The notes below the pieces were generated by a model. The model was not told where the DNA came from. It worked only from the letters and a program-made list of their open reading frames with translations, and made no database searches. This document shows positions 11,657 to 20,123 of a DNA stretch of 51,669 nucleotides, piece by piece. The stretch is from Candidatus Omnitrophota bacterium (lineage in GTDB: Bacteria > Omnitrophota > Gorgyraeia > Gygaellales > Profunditerraquicolaceae): positions 1 to 51,669 of the forward strand of contig JAPLLZ010000054.1 in assembly GCA_026387265.1 (NCBI GenBank), given 5' to 3'. The first letter of the stretch is position 1; each line of letters opens with the position of its first letter. Made by a program: the position numbers and the translations under genes.

Positions 11657-11686
11657 AATATAACATATTTTAAGGCGTTTTACCAA
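11657..11686 (-). promoter_or_regulatory. Candidate sigma70 promoter for the riboswitch leader
   Basis: TTGGTA-18 nt-TATATT with an extended -10 TG, overlapped by the inverted repeat TGGTAAAA/TTTTACCA. Confidence 0.4.
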
Positions 11687-11768
11687 CTATTTTATTTTTT
11701 AAAACTAAAATCCTAAATTCTCTCTTCTAACCGACTAAAATTAGGCAAGCTAAACAACTATCTTTGCC

Positions 11769-13250
11769 CTAAATCTTGACATTAGCTTTAATTATTTTTT
11801 GTTCTTTTGTCGGTTTATCCTCCTTATTCGTAGCCACAGAGTTAATTTTATTTACCACCTCCATACCAGAAACAACTTCTCCAAAAATAGTATGCCTTCC
11901 GTCCAAGCCGGGAGTAGATTTTACGGTAATAAAAAACTGGCTGCCATTAGTATCCGCGCCGGAATTAGCCATGGCTAAAATCCCGGGTTTATCAAATTTA
12001 ACCTTATCGCTAATTTCATCACTAAAAGGCTTTTTCCAGATTGACTCTCCTCCAGTTCCTGTAGCTGTAGGATCACCGCCTTGAATCATAAAATCTTTAA
12101 TTACCCGGTGAAAAGTAACTCCGTTATAATAACCTTTTTCTACCAAGCCTATAAAATTCTCACAGGCCAGCGGGGCTATCTCCGGGAACAATTTAACTTT
12201 AATCTGCCCCTGATTAGTTACAATAATCACTTCTGATTTTTTCTTCATCTCCACGAGCTTATCCGCATCTTCTTTATCTTTAACAAAATCTTTTAAGTTG
12301 GCCCGTTTAAAAAGATCATCTAAGAAATCCTGGGCAATTTTACGCTTGCGGCCGACAGTGAGCATCTTACGGTAATATTCCTGTTTAGCCGCATCATATT
12401 CTTTTAAATTCGCCTTCCTGGCATAAAGCAGGCGGAAAACTACATCCCCATAATAATTCTTGGCTGCAATGAAATCTCCGGTTTTAGAATTAAGAATCCG
12501 GTAAGCGTCGTCCTTAGGAATCATCCAGAGATCGATTAAAGCCTCCAGTGACATAACATTAATCCATGATGCGCCCTTTTGGCCTAATGGCTTTTTTTGA
12601 ACATAAGTATCAAACCATAATTTTGGATTTTTCTTTGCCTTGCGCGCAAACTCCTGAGCTTCTTTTTGTTGATCTTTGCCAAATAAAATATACTCACTTT
12701 CAAAAGAATTATAGCTGTTAAGGAATTTATCTTTCATTTCCTGCTCAGCAACCTTAACTTCAGGATCAAGCTTAGTTTTAAGCAGCTTATTCACCATTAA
12801 CAATTCTTCAATACGCGTTTCAAAGGTTGCCGGGTCTTCGTTAAAATTTACTAACACCCAACCCCGGTATTTCTCCCCTCCATATTCAACGTTTTTTTCT
12901 GCCAGCAACCGCTTAACTTCTGACAAAACATCCTCTTTAGATATAAAGATACCAGTATCCCTGGCTTCTTTAATAAAAACCAGATTCTGCCACGCTTCCT
13001 GACGCGTATCTTCATCTGTGCGTTCAGCTTGCATTCCTGAGCGTGTAAAAAGCAGTGCCGTTTTGTAATAGTTAAGGAAGGTTGCCCGACTAATGGGCTT
13101 ACCAAATGCCTCTCCAACGGTTTCAAACTTAATAATGTCCTCAAATTTGTAGGCCCAAGCAGAAGAAGCAACCAGTAAAATTAAAAAAATAGTGCTTAAA
13201 ATTATTGTAGGTAAGTTTAATTTTTTATGTGTTTTTATGGTAGTATTCAT
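11769..13250 (-). CDS. Exported foldase: SurA/PrsA-like N-terminal region plus C-terminal cyclophilin-type peptidyl-prolyl isomerase
   Basis: Signal/TM at the N-terminus. C-terminal cyclophilin motifs APLACENF, YYNGVTFHRVIKDFMIQGGDP, GILAMANSG, TNGSQFFIT and LDGRHTIFGEV. Confidence 0.9.
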   Translation of the reverse strand: MNTTIKTHKKLNLPTIILSTIFLILLVASSAWAYKFEDIIKFETVGEAFGKPISRATFLNYYKTALLFTRSGMQAERTDEDTRQEAWQNLVFIKEARDTGIFISKEDVLSEVKRLLAEKNVEYGGEKYRGWVLVNFNEDPATFETRIEELLMVNKLLKTKLDPEVKVAEQEMKDKFLNSYNSFESEYILFGKDQQKEAQEFARKAKKNPKLWFDTYVQKKPLGQKGASWINVMSLEALIDLWMIPKDDAYRILNSKTGDFIAAKNYYGDVVFRLLYARKANLKEYDAAKQEYYRKMLTVGRKRKIAQDFLDDLFKRANLKDFVKDKEDADKLVEMKKKSEVIIVTNQGQIKVKLFPEIAPLACENFIGLVEKGYYNGVTFHRVIKDFMIQGGDPTATGTGGESIWKKPFSDEISDKVKFDKPGILAMANSGADTNGSQFFITVKSTPGLDGRHTIFGEVVSGMEVVNKINSVATNKEDKPTKEQKIIKANVKI

Positions 13251-13254
13251 TTTT

Positions 13255-13797
13255 TTATTTTTTAGTATTTACAATTGTAAATTTAACTGGATCAGAAACT
13301 AACTGCTCGCCAAAAGCGTCCAAACCAATTTCTGCACCAAAAACATTCTGATAAACCGCCACCACCGTATAAGTCCCCGGTTCAGTTATCTCGAAATATC
13401 CTTTTAAATTCCGGGGATATTCAGATTTCGCTTCCTCATTAGGAGCTAATAATTTAAAATAATCTGCCTTAGGATAACCGGTTTCAAAAAAATTCTGGCA
13501 GGGCAGTTTTGCACCCGATGGCGAGGTTAACTCAAAATAAACCTCTTTTTGGTTTTTAGCAGCCTTTTGAGCGCTGATATAAAACCTCTGATTCACCATC
13601 ACCGGATTGTTCCCTAGATTTTTCAAACTAAAATTAACATTAATTGGCTCATTAGGCGAGTATTCAGTTTTTTCTAATATCAGGCTAAATTTAAGTTGGG
13701 TATCGGCACATAAAACAGGCCTGCCTAAAACCAACACTAAAACAACTGTAAAAATAGCTGTCGCCAACCCGCAAAAAAATATGTTTTTTTTGATCAT
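13255..13797 (-). CDS. Exported hypothetical protein, Ig-like fold
   Basis: Signal peptide; LKFSLILEKTEY.PNEPINVNFSLKN ... ITEPGTYTVVAVY beta-sandwich pattern. Confidence 0.65.
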   Translation of the reverse strand: MIKKNIFFCGLATAIFTVVLVLVLGRPVLCADTQLKFSLILEKTEYSPNEPINVNFSLKNLGNNPVMVNQRFYISAQKAAKNQKEVYFELTSPSGAKLPCQNFFETGYPKADYFKLLAPNEEAKSEYPRNLKGYFEITEPGTYTVVAVYQNVFGAEIGLDAFGEQLVSDPVKFTIVNTKK

Positions 13798-13857
13798 TTA
13801 ATATTCCCTAGAATTAATAAAATTATTTATAAACGCGCTACATTACTTTCAATAACT

Positions 13858-14442
13858 TTATTGATTAATAACAGCTTCAGACGCTGCTGGCTCCACTACT
13901 GCCGGAATAGGCTCTACTACAGCCGCCGGAGGCGGCACTACTGCGGCCTTATTCGACGCCAAGCTATAGAAATTAAAGTCCGAAACTCTATTTTTCTTAT
14001 CTCGAATACTCAAAACCCCCCGCATTATCCCGTCGCTACCTATATCGCCACGCCAAAAAGCTGCGCCTTCTTTCTCTGAAACTTGCATCGTTTCCCAGGT
14101 ATAGGTCTCCCCATCTTCTAACAAGCGCATAGAAAAATTAGTAGCCTCAAACCCCCTAACCACCATGTTTTTAGAACTTACTTTACCATCAATAAAACTT
14201 ACAACATCTTTTTCGGTTTTACCTTTACCAGACATTGCCTTAGTCTCAATAGCCCATTCTGTACCATTAAGCTCTAGTTTTTTCTTTGCGACCATATCTT
14301 GTGTTTTACTATTTAGTTTTTTTACAACAGGCGCAGCTGTCTTTTGCTCCGCTTCTCCTTTAGCAAACCACTCCGCAAAAACAGAACTTGAATTCATCGC
14401 CAAAAACCCTAAAACTACAAGCACCGAAAGCAATCTCTTCAT
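13858..14442 (-). CDS. Exported hypothetical protein; stand-alone paralogue of the RAYT-fusion C-terminal domain
   Basis: Signal peptide MKRLLSVLVVLGFLAMNSSSVFA. Shares L.GT.W.I, WETMQ, WR.DI.SDG.M.GVLS.R and DF.F with residues ~317-415 of 10176..11441. Confidence 0.8.
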   Translation of the reverse strand: MKRLLSVLVVLGFLAMNSSSVFAEWFAKGEAEQKTAAPVVKKLNSKTQDMVAKKKLELNGTEWAIETKAMSGKGKTEKDVVSFIDGKVSSKNMVVRGFEATNFSMRLLEDGETYTWETMQVSEKEGAAFWRGDIGSDGIMRGVLSIRDKKNRVSDFNFYSLASNKAAVVPPPAAVVEPIPAVVEPAASEAVINQ

Positions 14443-14542
14443 TCTACCCTCCTATTGTTATCGCCAACTGATTTATTATGCCCGTTTACTTGATTTACAA
14501 CCTTACTGTAAAATATCACCTCCCTCTCTGCATCCTTTCGCT

Positions 14543-15577
14543 TTATTGCACCCGCTGCTTACCATCATAAGCTTCCCAAGTAAGCAAATATTTCTTAACC
14601 CAATCTATATCTTTATCATCACCTTTAGCTAAACTCAAGTAATATCTAAAATGTTTGCTGGCTTTTTGGCGGTTCACCAGGTACTCTGCATAAATGTAGC
14701 CTAAATTAAAATGCGCATAAGCATGATTGGGATCGATCTCAACCACCTTCTCAAACTCTATCGCTGCGCGGTCATACTGTTTATTTTTGGAATAAAAAAT
14801 ACCTAGGTTATAATGCATCTGCGCAGTTTCTGCTATTAATAACTTGTTCTGCCGGGCAAGCTCCGCAATCTTCTTAGGCACATTTTGCACTTCATCCCAC
14901 ATCATCTTATTTTTCTTCAGCGCTTCAGCCAGTTTATCTTTACAATCTTTTAATTGCAATTTTAACGAAGTATTCTCCAACTCTAGCTTAGTCTTCTGCT
15001 GCCTAATCTGATCAAATTCACTTTCCTGGCGTTTGGCGCTATTTTGAATGGCAGTTTTTTCTTTTTGCAAGTCTCCAAATTTTTTATTTAAATCTTTAAT
15101 CTTAACGGTTGCCTCTGCTTTATCGCAAGAGACTTTAAGAGTATTCCATTTTGCAATCAAGTCTTTTTGCGCTGCCTGAAGGCGGCTAATTTCATCCTTC
15201 TGGCTCAGATTACTACCCTGTAATTCATTTTTTTCTTTAGCCAGTGCGGCTAAATCTTTATTAATTTTCTCCAGAGAAATCGCCAACTCAACCGCCTTAC
15301 TTCTTTCCGGCAGAAGAGTTTTAATTTGCGTCATAAGATTTTCCCGGTCAACTTTAACCGCTTCATTTTCCTTAAGCAGCTGGGCATTTTCATTCTTAAG
15401 GGTAACACTTTCCTGGCTTAATCTTTGATAACCCGGATTGATATCTTCTAGCTGTTTAGATAAATCCTGTACTCGCTTAGTTAGATTCTTCGACTTATAA
15501 GCAAAAAATATAATACCGATACAGGCTACTAAAATCGCTACACCCACAACTATTGTCTTTAACTTTAGCTTACTCAT
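14543..15577 (-). CDS. Membrane-anchored coiled-coil protein with C-terminal TPR repeats
   Basis: Start re-assigned to ATG 15577 (AGGAG SD, overlaps the secretin stop). N-terminal TM, long heptad region, and TPR motifs AQMHYNLGIFY...AHFNLGYIY. Confidence 0.8.
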   Translation of the reverse strand: MSKLKLKTIVVGVAILVACIGIIFFAYKSKNLTKRVQDLSKQLEDINPGYQRLSQESVTLKNENAQLLKENEAVKVDRENLMTQIKTLLPERSKAVELAISLEKINKDLAALAKEKNELQGSNLSQKDEISRLQAAQKDLIAKWNTLKVSCDKAEATVKIKDLNKKFGDLQKEKTAIQNSAKRQESEFDQIRQQKTKLELENTSLKLQLKDCKDKLAEALKKNKMMWDEVQNVPKKIAELARQNKLLIAETAQMHYNLGIFYSKNKQYDRAAIEFEKVVEIDPNHAYAHFNLGYIYAEYLVNRQKASKHFRYYLSLAKGDDKDIDWVKKYLLTWEAYDGKQRVQ

Positions 15578-17591
15578 TGCTTGCGTCTCCTTTAAGTGTC
15601 GGCTTATATTCCTCTTCCTGTTTAATACTAGAATAATCACGATAGGATTTAATTTCTTCTTCGGGTGCTCCTTTAGCCTCTACCTTTTTCTCCGGAACGT
15701 CTGCATCTTTAAAATCCGGCTTTTCTGTAAAAGGCGCATAAGCATTATACTCTTTATTCGGCTCATCCTGGAATCTTGGCTCACGCCTGTCCCCAGTAAC
15801 TAAAATATCCCCGGAAGTAATATGCGGCGTAATCATTACTAAAAGCTCGGTTTTCTCAGTTTTACTTGTCTTGTTTTTGAAAAAATAACCTATCAGGGGA
15901 ATCTTACCTAAAAATGGGAATTGTTCTACAGCCGCAGTTTTATCTTCTCTACGCAAGCCTCCGATAATAATCGTTGAACCATCCTTAACCATTACTGTAG
16001 TTTCTGACATAGAGGTATCAATAATCGGAATTTTATTACCGCTGGGAGTATCCAAAAAAGAAACAACGCTGGAAATTTCAGGTTTTATTTTCATCGTAAC
16101 ATACCCGTCATCATTTATCGTCGGCGTTACCGACAACTGGATACCGACATCCACAAAAGTCACCTCTTCCGAAACTGTAGAGGTACTTTGGCCGGTAGTA
16201 GTAGTAGAAGTAACATAAGCCTGGCGTTCACCTACGTGAATTTTGGCTTCCTGGTTATTGACTATCGAAATTTTCGGGTTAGAAAGAATCTGGGTGTTCC
16301 CCAAAGTCTGAACATATTTGAGTACAATATCGACGTCACGCTTAGAATCCATAATACCCAAATGCAATACCCCCGGGCCGGCTTTGGAAGTAGATGAAGT
16401 GGTTCCGGTATTACCGGTAAAAGGATAGGAACCAATTTGATTATTCATTGTATTTTTTAAATAATCATACCGGGACTGAAAAGTATTAGTGGTATCTGTT
16501 TCGATAGGCTTAATCACGCTAAAAGGATTGGCTCCGAAATAAGCCATCCCGTATTCAGATGCCGCAGCAAGCAAACCTTCCCATTCAGCCCCCGTTTCTA
16601 ACTGATCCGATAACTTAACTTTTATAATTGTACTATCAATTAATACTTGTTTTGTTTTCTGGTCAAGGCTAGCAATCAGTTTTTCAATATTCACCATTCT
16701 CTCAGGTAACGTCTGTATAATCACCTGATTGGAGCGTTCGTCTGCTTTAATTGTACCAACTTTTTTCGTATCCAGCTGCGCCTTCAACTGCTCCTCTACA
16801 TCTTTGGCTTTAGCATATTTTAATTGAAACACCCGGACTAAATTTTTTTGTTCTAGCGTAGACAGGGCTTTTTCGATTTCGGCAATTTTCTCCGGCGTAT
16901 CCATAATTAAAGCTGTACCAGAATCAGGCTCAACTAAAACCCTGCCGATTTCACTCTTTAAAGCATCCAGCATCGCAAATACCTGCTCAGGTATGGCATA
17001 TTTAATTCTAAAGACTTTGACTTCACGAATATCCGCAAATTTTTTCCCGAAGAGAGATTTATACTCTTCGCCGGTCATAATGTTATAAATTTCTCCCTCT
17101 TTAGTATACGCCAGGCCGTTTGAACGCAACATTATATCAAAAACATCTCTGGCCGGAACATTTAATACCATCAACGTAACCCTGCCGGAAACATCTTTTG
17201 TAGAAATCATATTGATGCCTGTTTTCAACGATAGGAACTTTAGAGCATCGGTAACTTCTATATTACGTAAATCTAAAGAAATCCTCGCATTCATCCCCAC
17301 AGCTACAGGATCGGCGGCATTTTGAACGAGCGACTTTGATACTGGCTGCAAAGGTGTTTCTGCTTGCGTTGCGGCAACAGGCAAAGCTGAATTTCCAACA
17401 GCAGTTACCGCAGTGGATATATTTGCCTGATTCGCTACTACAGGCGCCGATACCACCGGTTGAGAAGTAACCATAGAGGTATTCGAGGCCTGAGCTAAAC
17501 CAGCCGGACGCTCTTCAGCCTGAGCTTTATAAAAAAGAAAAAAGGAACAGGCCAGGATAATAAAAATAATTGTTCTTTGAATAATTTTCAC
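15570..17591 (-). CDS. Outer-membrane secretin (GspD/PilQ family)
   Basis: ISLDLRNIEVTDALKFL N0 domain, DERSNQVII N domains, ILSNPKISIVNNQEAKIHVG, VGIQLSVTPTIN and PFLGKIPLIGYFFK...KTELLVMITPHI secretin signature. Confidence 0.93.
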   Translation of the reverse strand: MKIIQRTIIFIILACSFFLFYKAQAEERPAGLAQASNTSMVTSQPVVSAPVVANQANISTAVTAVGNSALPVAATQAETPLQPVSKSLVQNAADPVAVGMNARISLDLRNIEVTDALKFLSLKTGINMISTKDVSGRVTLMVLNVPARDVFDIMLRSNGLAYTKEGEIYNIMTGEEYKSLFGKKFADIREVKVFRIKYAIPEQVFAMLDALKSEIGRVLVEPDSGTALIMDTPEKIAEIEKALSTLEQKNLVRVFQLKYAKAKDVEEQLKAQLDTKKVGTIKADERSNQVIIQTLPERMVNIEKLIASLDQKTKQVLIDSTIIKVKLSDQLETGAEWEGLLAAASEYGMAYFGANPFSVIKPIETDTTNTFQSRYDYLKNTMNNQIGSYPFTGNTGTTSSTSKAGPGVLHLGIMDSKRDVDIVLKYVQTLGNTQILSNPKISIVNNQEAKIHVGERQAYVTSTTTTGQSTSTVSEEVTFVDVGIQLSVTPTINDDGYVTMKIKPEISSVVSFLDTPSGNKIPIIDTSMSETTVMVKDGSTIIIGGLRREDKTAAVEQFPFLGKIPLIGYFFKNKTSKTEKTELLVMITPHITSGDILVTGDRREPRFQDEPNKEYNAYAPFTEKPDFKDADVPEKKVEAKGAPEEEIKSYRDYSSIKQEEEYKPTLKGDASNE

Positions 17592-18253
17592 TTGAGCTCA
17601 AACTCCTCGTTATCTAAACTTAATACAATTTTATCCTTAAAAATAGCCTGCACCCTTGCTTCACCTACCATATCCCCTCTTTTTACAAAAAATGTTTTAA
17701 GTTCCTTTGTATCTTCAATCATTGCATCCGGATCGCTAGACCAGGAAATTCCGACTAATTTTAAGCTTGCCGCTAACTCCAGGCTTTTTGAAGAAGGAGA
17801 AGTATCCACAACCGCTTTCTTAGGCCCCATGGTAAAAATATCTCTTGCCCTAACCTTTTCTAAATAATAAGAGGCGGCCTTGTTTAATCCCGTGGGTTCC
17901 GGAAAACTAGTTTCAATCTTAGCTGCCGGCGCATTTGATTCTAAACGCGGCGTCTTATTTACATTAATTAAAGAAACAACAAAATTAACCGAAAAATATG
18001 TTAAGAGCAATGCTGCTATAAAACCAAGAATTCTGTTTACGGCTTTAACATCTAATTGCTCCAGATTAAAACCTTGCGACCATTTTCCTAATCGTACTTT
18101 TAAAAAAGAAATCCTCCCCAGCCATGCCCCAAAATCCAACCAGCTCATGTTGCGCCGCGACGACTGAGCATGCACCCCAATGGAATTCATCTTAGAGGTT
18201 TCAATAATCTTTAAAAGCTGTTTTTCTGGAGTGAGAGATCGTTCCTGTGCCAT
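17588..18253 (-). CDS. GspC/PilP-like secretion-system accessory protein
   Basis: Single TM followed by RDIF...LKLVGISWSSDPDAMIEDT...FVKRGDMVGEARVQAIFKDKIVL (HR domain-like); coupled to the secretin gene. Confidence 0.75.
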   Translation of the reverse strand: MAQERSLTPEKQLLKIIETSKMNSIGVHAQSSRRNMSWLDFGAWLGRISFLKVRLGKWSQGFNLEQLDVKAVNRILGFIAALLLTYFSVNFVVSLINVNKTPRLESNAPAAKIETSFPEPTGLNKAASYYLEKVRARDIFTMGPKKAVVDTSPSSKSLELAASLKLVGISWSSDPDAMIEDTKELKTFFVKRGDMVGEARVQAIFKDKIVLSLDNEEFELK

Positions 18254-19080
18254 CCGCTTGTTATATCCTCATTAATTATTTCCTGAATTAACGCCGCGTC
18301 AATCACAAATTTATTTTTAAGCACCAGGTTTTTAAGTGCCCGATGGCAAAGCATGGTTATCCTCCTGGGATACCCCCGGGTATATTGATGCACCTCTTTA
18401 ATTGCATCATCTAAAAACAGATGCATATTCGCAGAATAACCCGCCTGCTTAACTCTAAATTCAATCATCTCCCTGGTTTCTTCAAAATCCAAAGGATTCA
18501 AAGTATACTTAAAACTAATCCGGTCAAAAAAATTAGAGATCTCTGTAATTTTAGCATGTAATTCCAGCTGACCCAAAAGCACTAATTGAATAAGCTTAAA
18601 CTCATTAGTCTCATAATTTAAAAGCACACGCAGGACTTCCAATGATGATTCATTTAATTTCTGAGCTTCATCAATAATCAAAGTAACGGTTTTGTTCTCC
18701 GTTACTCCTTTTTGGAACAAAAATCTTTCTAACCCTTCCCGCAATGCCACAATTCCCATGGGAGTATCATTATTAATAGCAATTTCAAAATTTTTGGCCA
18801 AAGAAACAAGAAAAGATTCTTCACTTTCAAAAGAAGGATCTAAAATAATATGAAAAATAAAATCCGGCCGGTCCTTTAATTCTTGGATCAATTTTCTAGA
18901 CAAGGTTGTCTTGCCGGTTCCCACATCGCCCAAAATTACAGAAAGGCCTCTTTTAAGCCTAAGCTCAATCAAGATGTTGGCTAAAGCAGATTCATGCTCT
19001 TTAGATAAATAGAAAAAATCCGGATCCGGGCTGGTAGAAAAAGGCTCTTTTTCGAATCCTAACACCTTGAAATAGCTCAT
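18211..19080 (-). CDS. exeA: ExeA/GspA-family AAA+ ATPase
   Basis: YFKVLGFEKEPFS.SPDPDFFY, Walker A GDVGTGKT, Walker B LIIDEAQ and GYPRRITMLC. Confidence 0.88.
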   Translation of the reverse strand: MSYFKVLGFEKEPFSTSPDPDFFYLSKEHESALANILIELRLKRGLSVILGDVGTGKTTLSRKLIQELKDRPDFIFHIILDPSFESEESFLVSLAKNFEIAINNDTPMGIVALREGLERFLFQKGVTENKTVTLIIDEAQKLNESSLEVLRVLLNYETNEFKLIQLVLLGQLELHAKITEISNFFDRISFKYTLNPLDFEETREMIEFRVKQAGYSANMHLFLDDAIKEVHQYTRGYPRRITMLCHRALKNLVLKNKFVIDAALIQEIINEDITSGWHRNDLSLQKNSF

Positions 19081-19150
19081 TTTTCAATCCTAAGTTAATA
19101 ACTTAAAAGGCAATTAAAAATTAAACCTGATTTCATCTAGGAAACCAGGT

Positions 19151-19459
19151 TTAGCTTGGTGTTTGCGAATCAGAAGCAATAATACTTTCCGGGCTATTCG
19201 CAAAGTTTTCGGTATTTGCTTCCTCCATCAATTTTTTCCGGATCAAGCTTAACGAATAACCTTGCTGCATTAATTCTCTAAATTTTAGCCGATTCTTAAT
19301 CGTACTTCTATCATAATACCTAATGTTAGCTTTTTTAATGATTACCGGTAACAGCCCAAAATTGGTATAATGATTTACAATCTGGTAAGAAACATTAAAC
19401 TCGCTCATAATTTCTTTAGCGGTGATCATATCATTTTCATCGATGCGATTGTTAGTCAT
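19151..19459 (-). CDS. MerR-family HTH regulator (short, no obvious sensing domain)
   Basis: ITAKEIMSEFNVSYQIVNHYTNFGLL...RYYD...GYSLSLIRKKL winged-HTH pattern. Confidence 0.8.
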   Translation of the reverse strand: MTNNRIDENDMITAKEIMSEFNVSYQIVNHYTNFGLLPVIIKKANIRYYDRSTIKNRLKFRELMQQGYSLSLIRKKLMEEANTENFANSPESIIASDSQTPS

Positions 19460-19477
19460 CTACCACCTTTTTATGAG

Positions 19478-19532
19478 ATATCATAACTATGATATATACT
19501 ATATATCTACCAGGAATTTCCCTTTTAGTCAA
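19478..19532 (-). promoter_or_regulatory. Promoter and overlapping inverted repeats upstream of the MerR-ExeA-secretin operon
   Basis: TTGACT-17 nt-TAGATA; ATATCAT-AACT-ATGATAT (19478-19495) and GATATATA-C-TATATATC (19491-19507). Confidence 0.5.
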
Positions 19533-19709
19533 GATAAATTAGTAAATTTAACTTGCCACTAAACTATGCCTAACCTAAAAAGCGGGAAGAACTTAGCTTA
19601 TATTTACCATGCCGGCGCATACCCTTTAATTTGAATAAAAACCAAAAATAAGGTAAGCTTTTACGGAAAGAATTTTGGGTTGCGTAGAATTTTAAGAAAA
19701 CTTAGATAT

Positions 19710-20099
19710 TTATTTTTTAAGGTTCCTGTGGGTCCTAAGCACTGCTTCTAATAAAGGCAAGCTGGCATCAAAATCAGCTCCCTTATAAAATACTCCAGAC
19801 ATACCATGAGACCTGGCTTCCTGAATTTTTGGATCGGCGATATATGAACTAATAATAATTATCGGGGTAGTCGCATCAAAAGTCCTAATGCTCTTTAATG
19901 CATCAACACCGTCCATAATCGGCATTCTTAAATCCATAAAAACTATATCCGCTTGTTTCTGCCTGACTAATTCAATCGCCGCCTTACCATCAGCAGCAGT
20001 AATCACCTTGTAACCTTTTGACTCAAGCCAAAACGTCATCAGGTTCCTGAAATCAGCCTCATCATCAACTACCAGCACTCTAATACTTGTACCATTCAT
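19710..20099 (-). CDS. Single-domain response regulator (CheY-like receiver)
   Basis: VLVVDDE, IVFMDLRMP (phospho-Asp) and IIISS motifs. Confidence 0.92.
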   Translation of the reverse strand: MNGTSIRVLVVDDEADFRNLMTFWLESKGYKVITAADGKAAIELVRQKQADIVFMDLRMPIMDGVDALKSIRTFDATTPIIIISSYIADPKIQEARSHGMSGVFYKGADFDASLPLLEAVLRTHRNLKK

Positions 20100-20123
20100 G
20101 GATCAACCTCCTTATTAATTATT

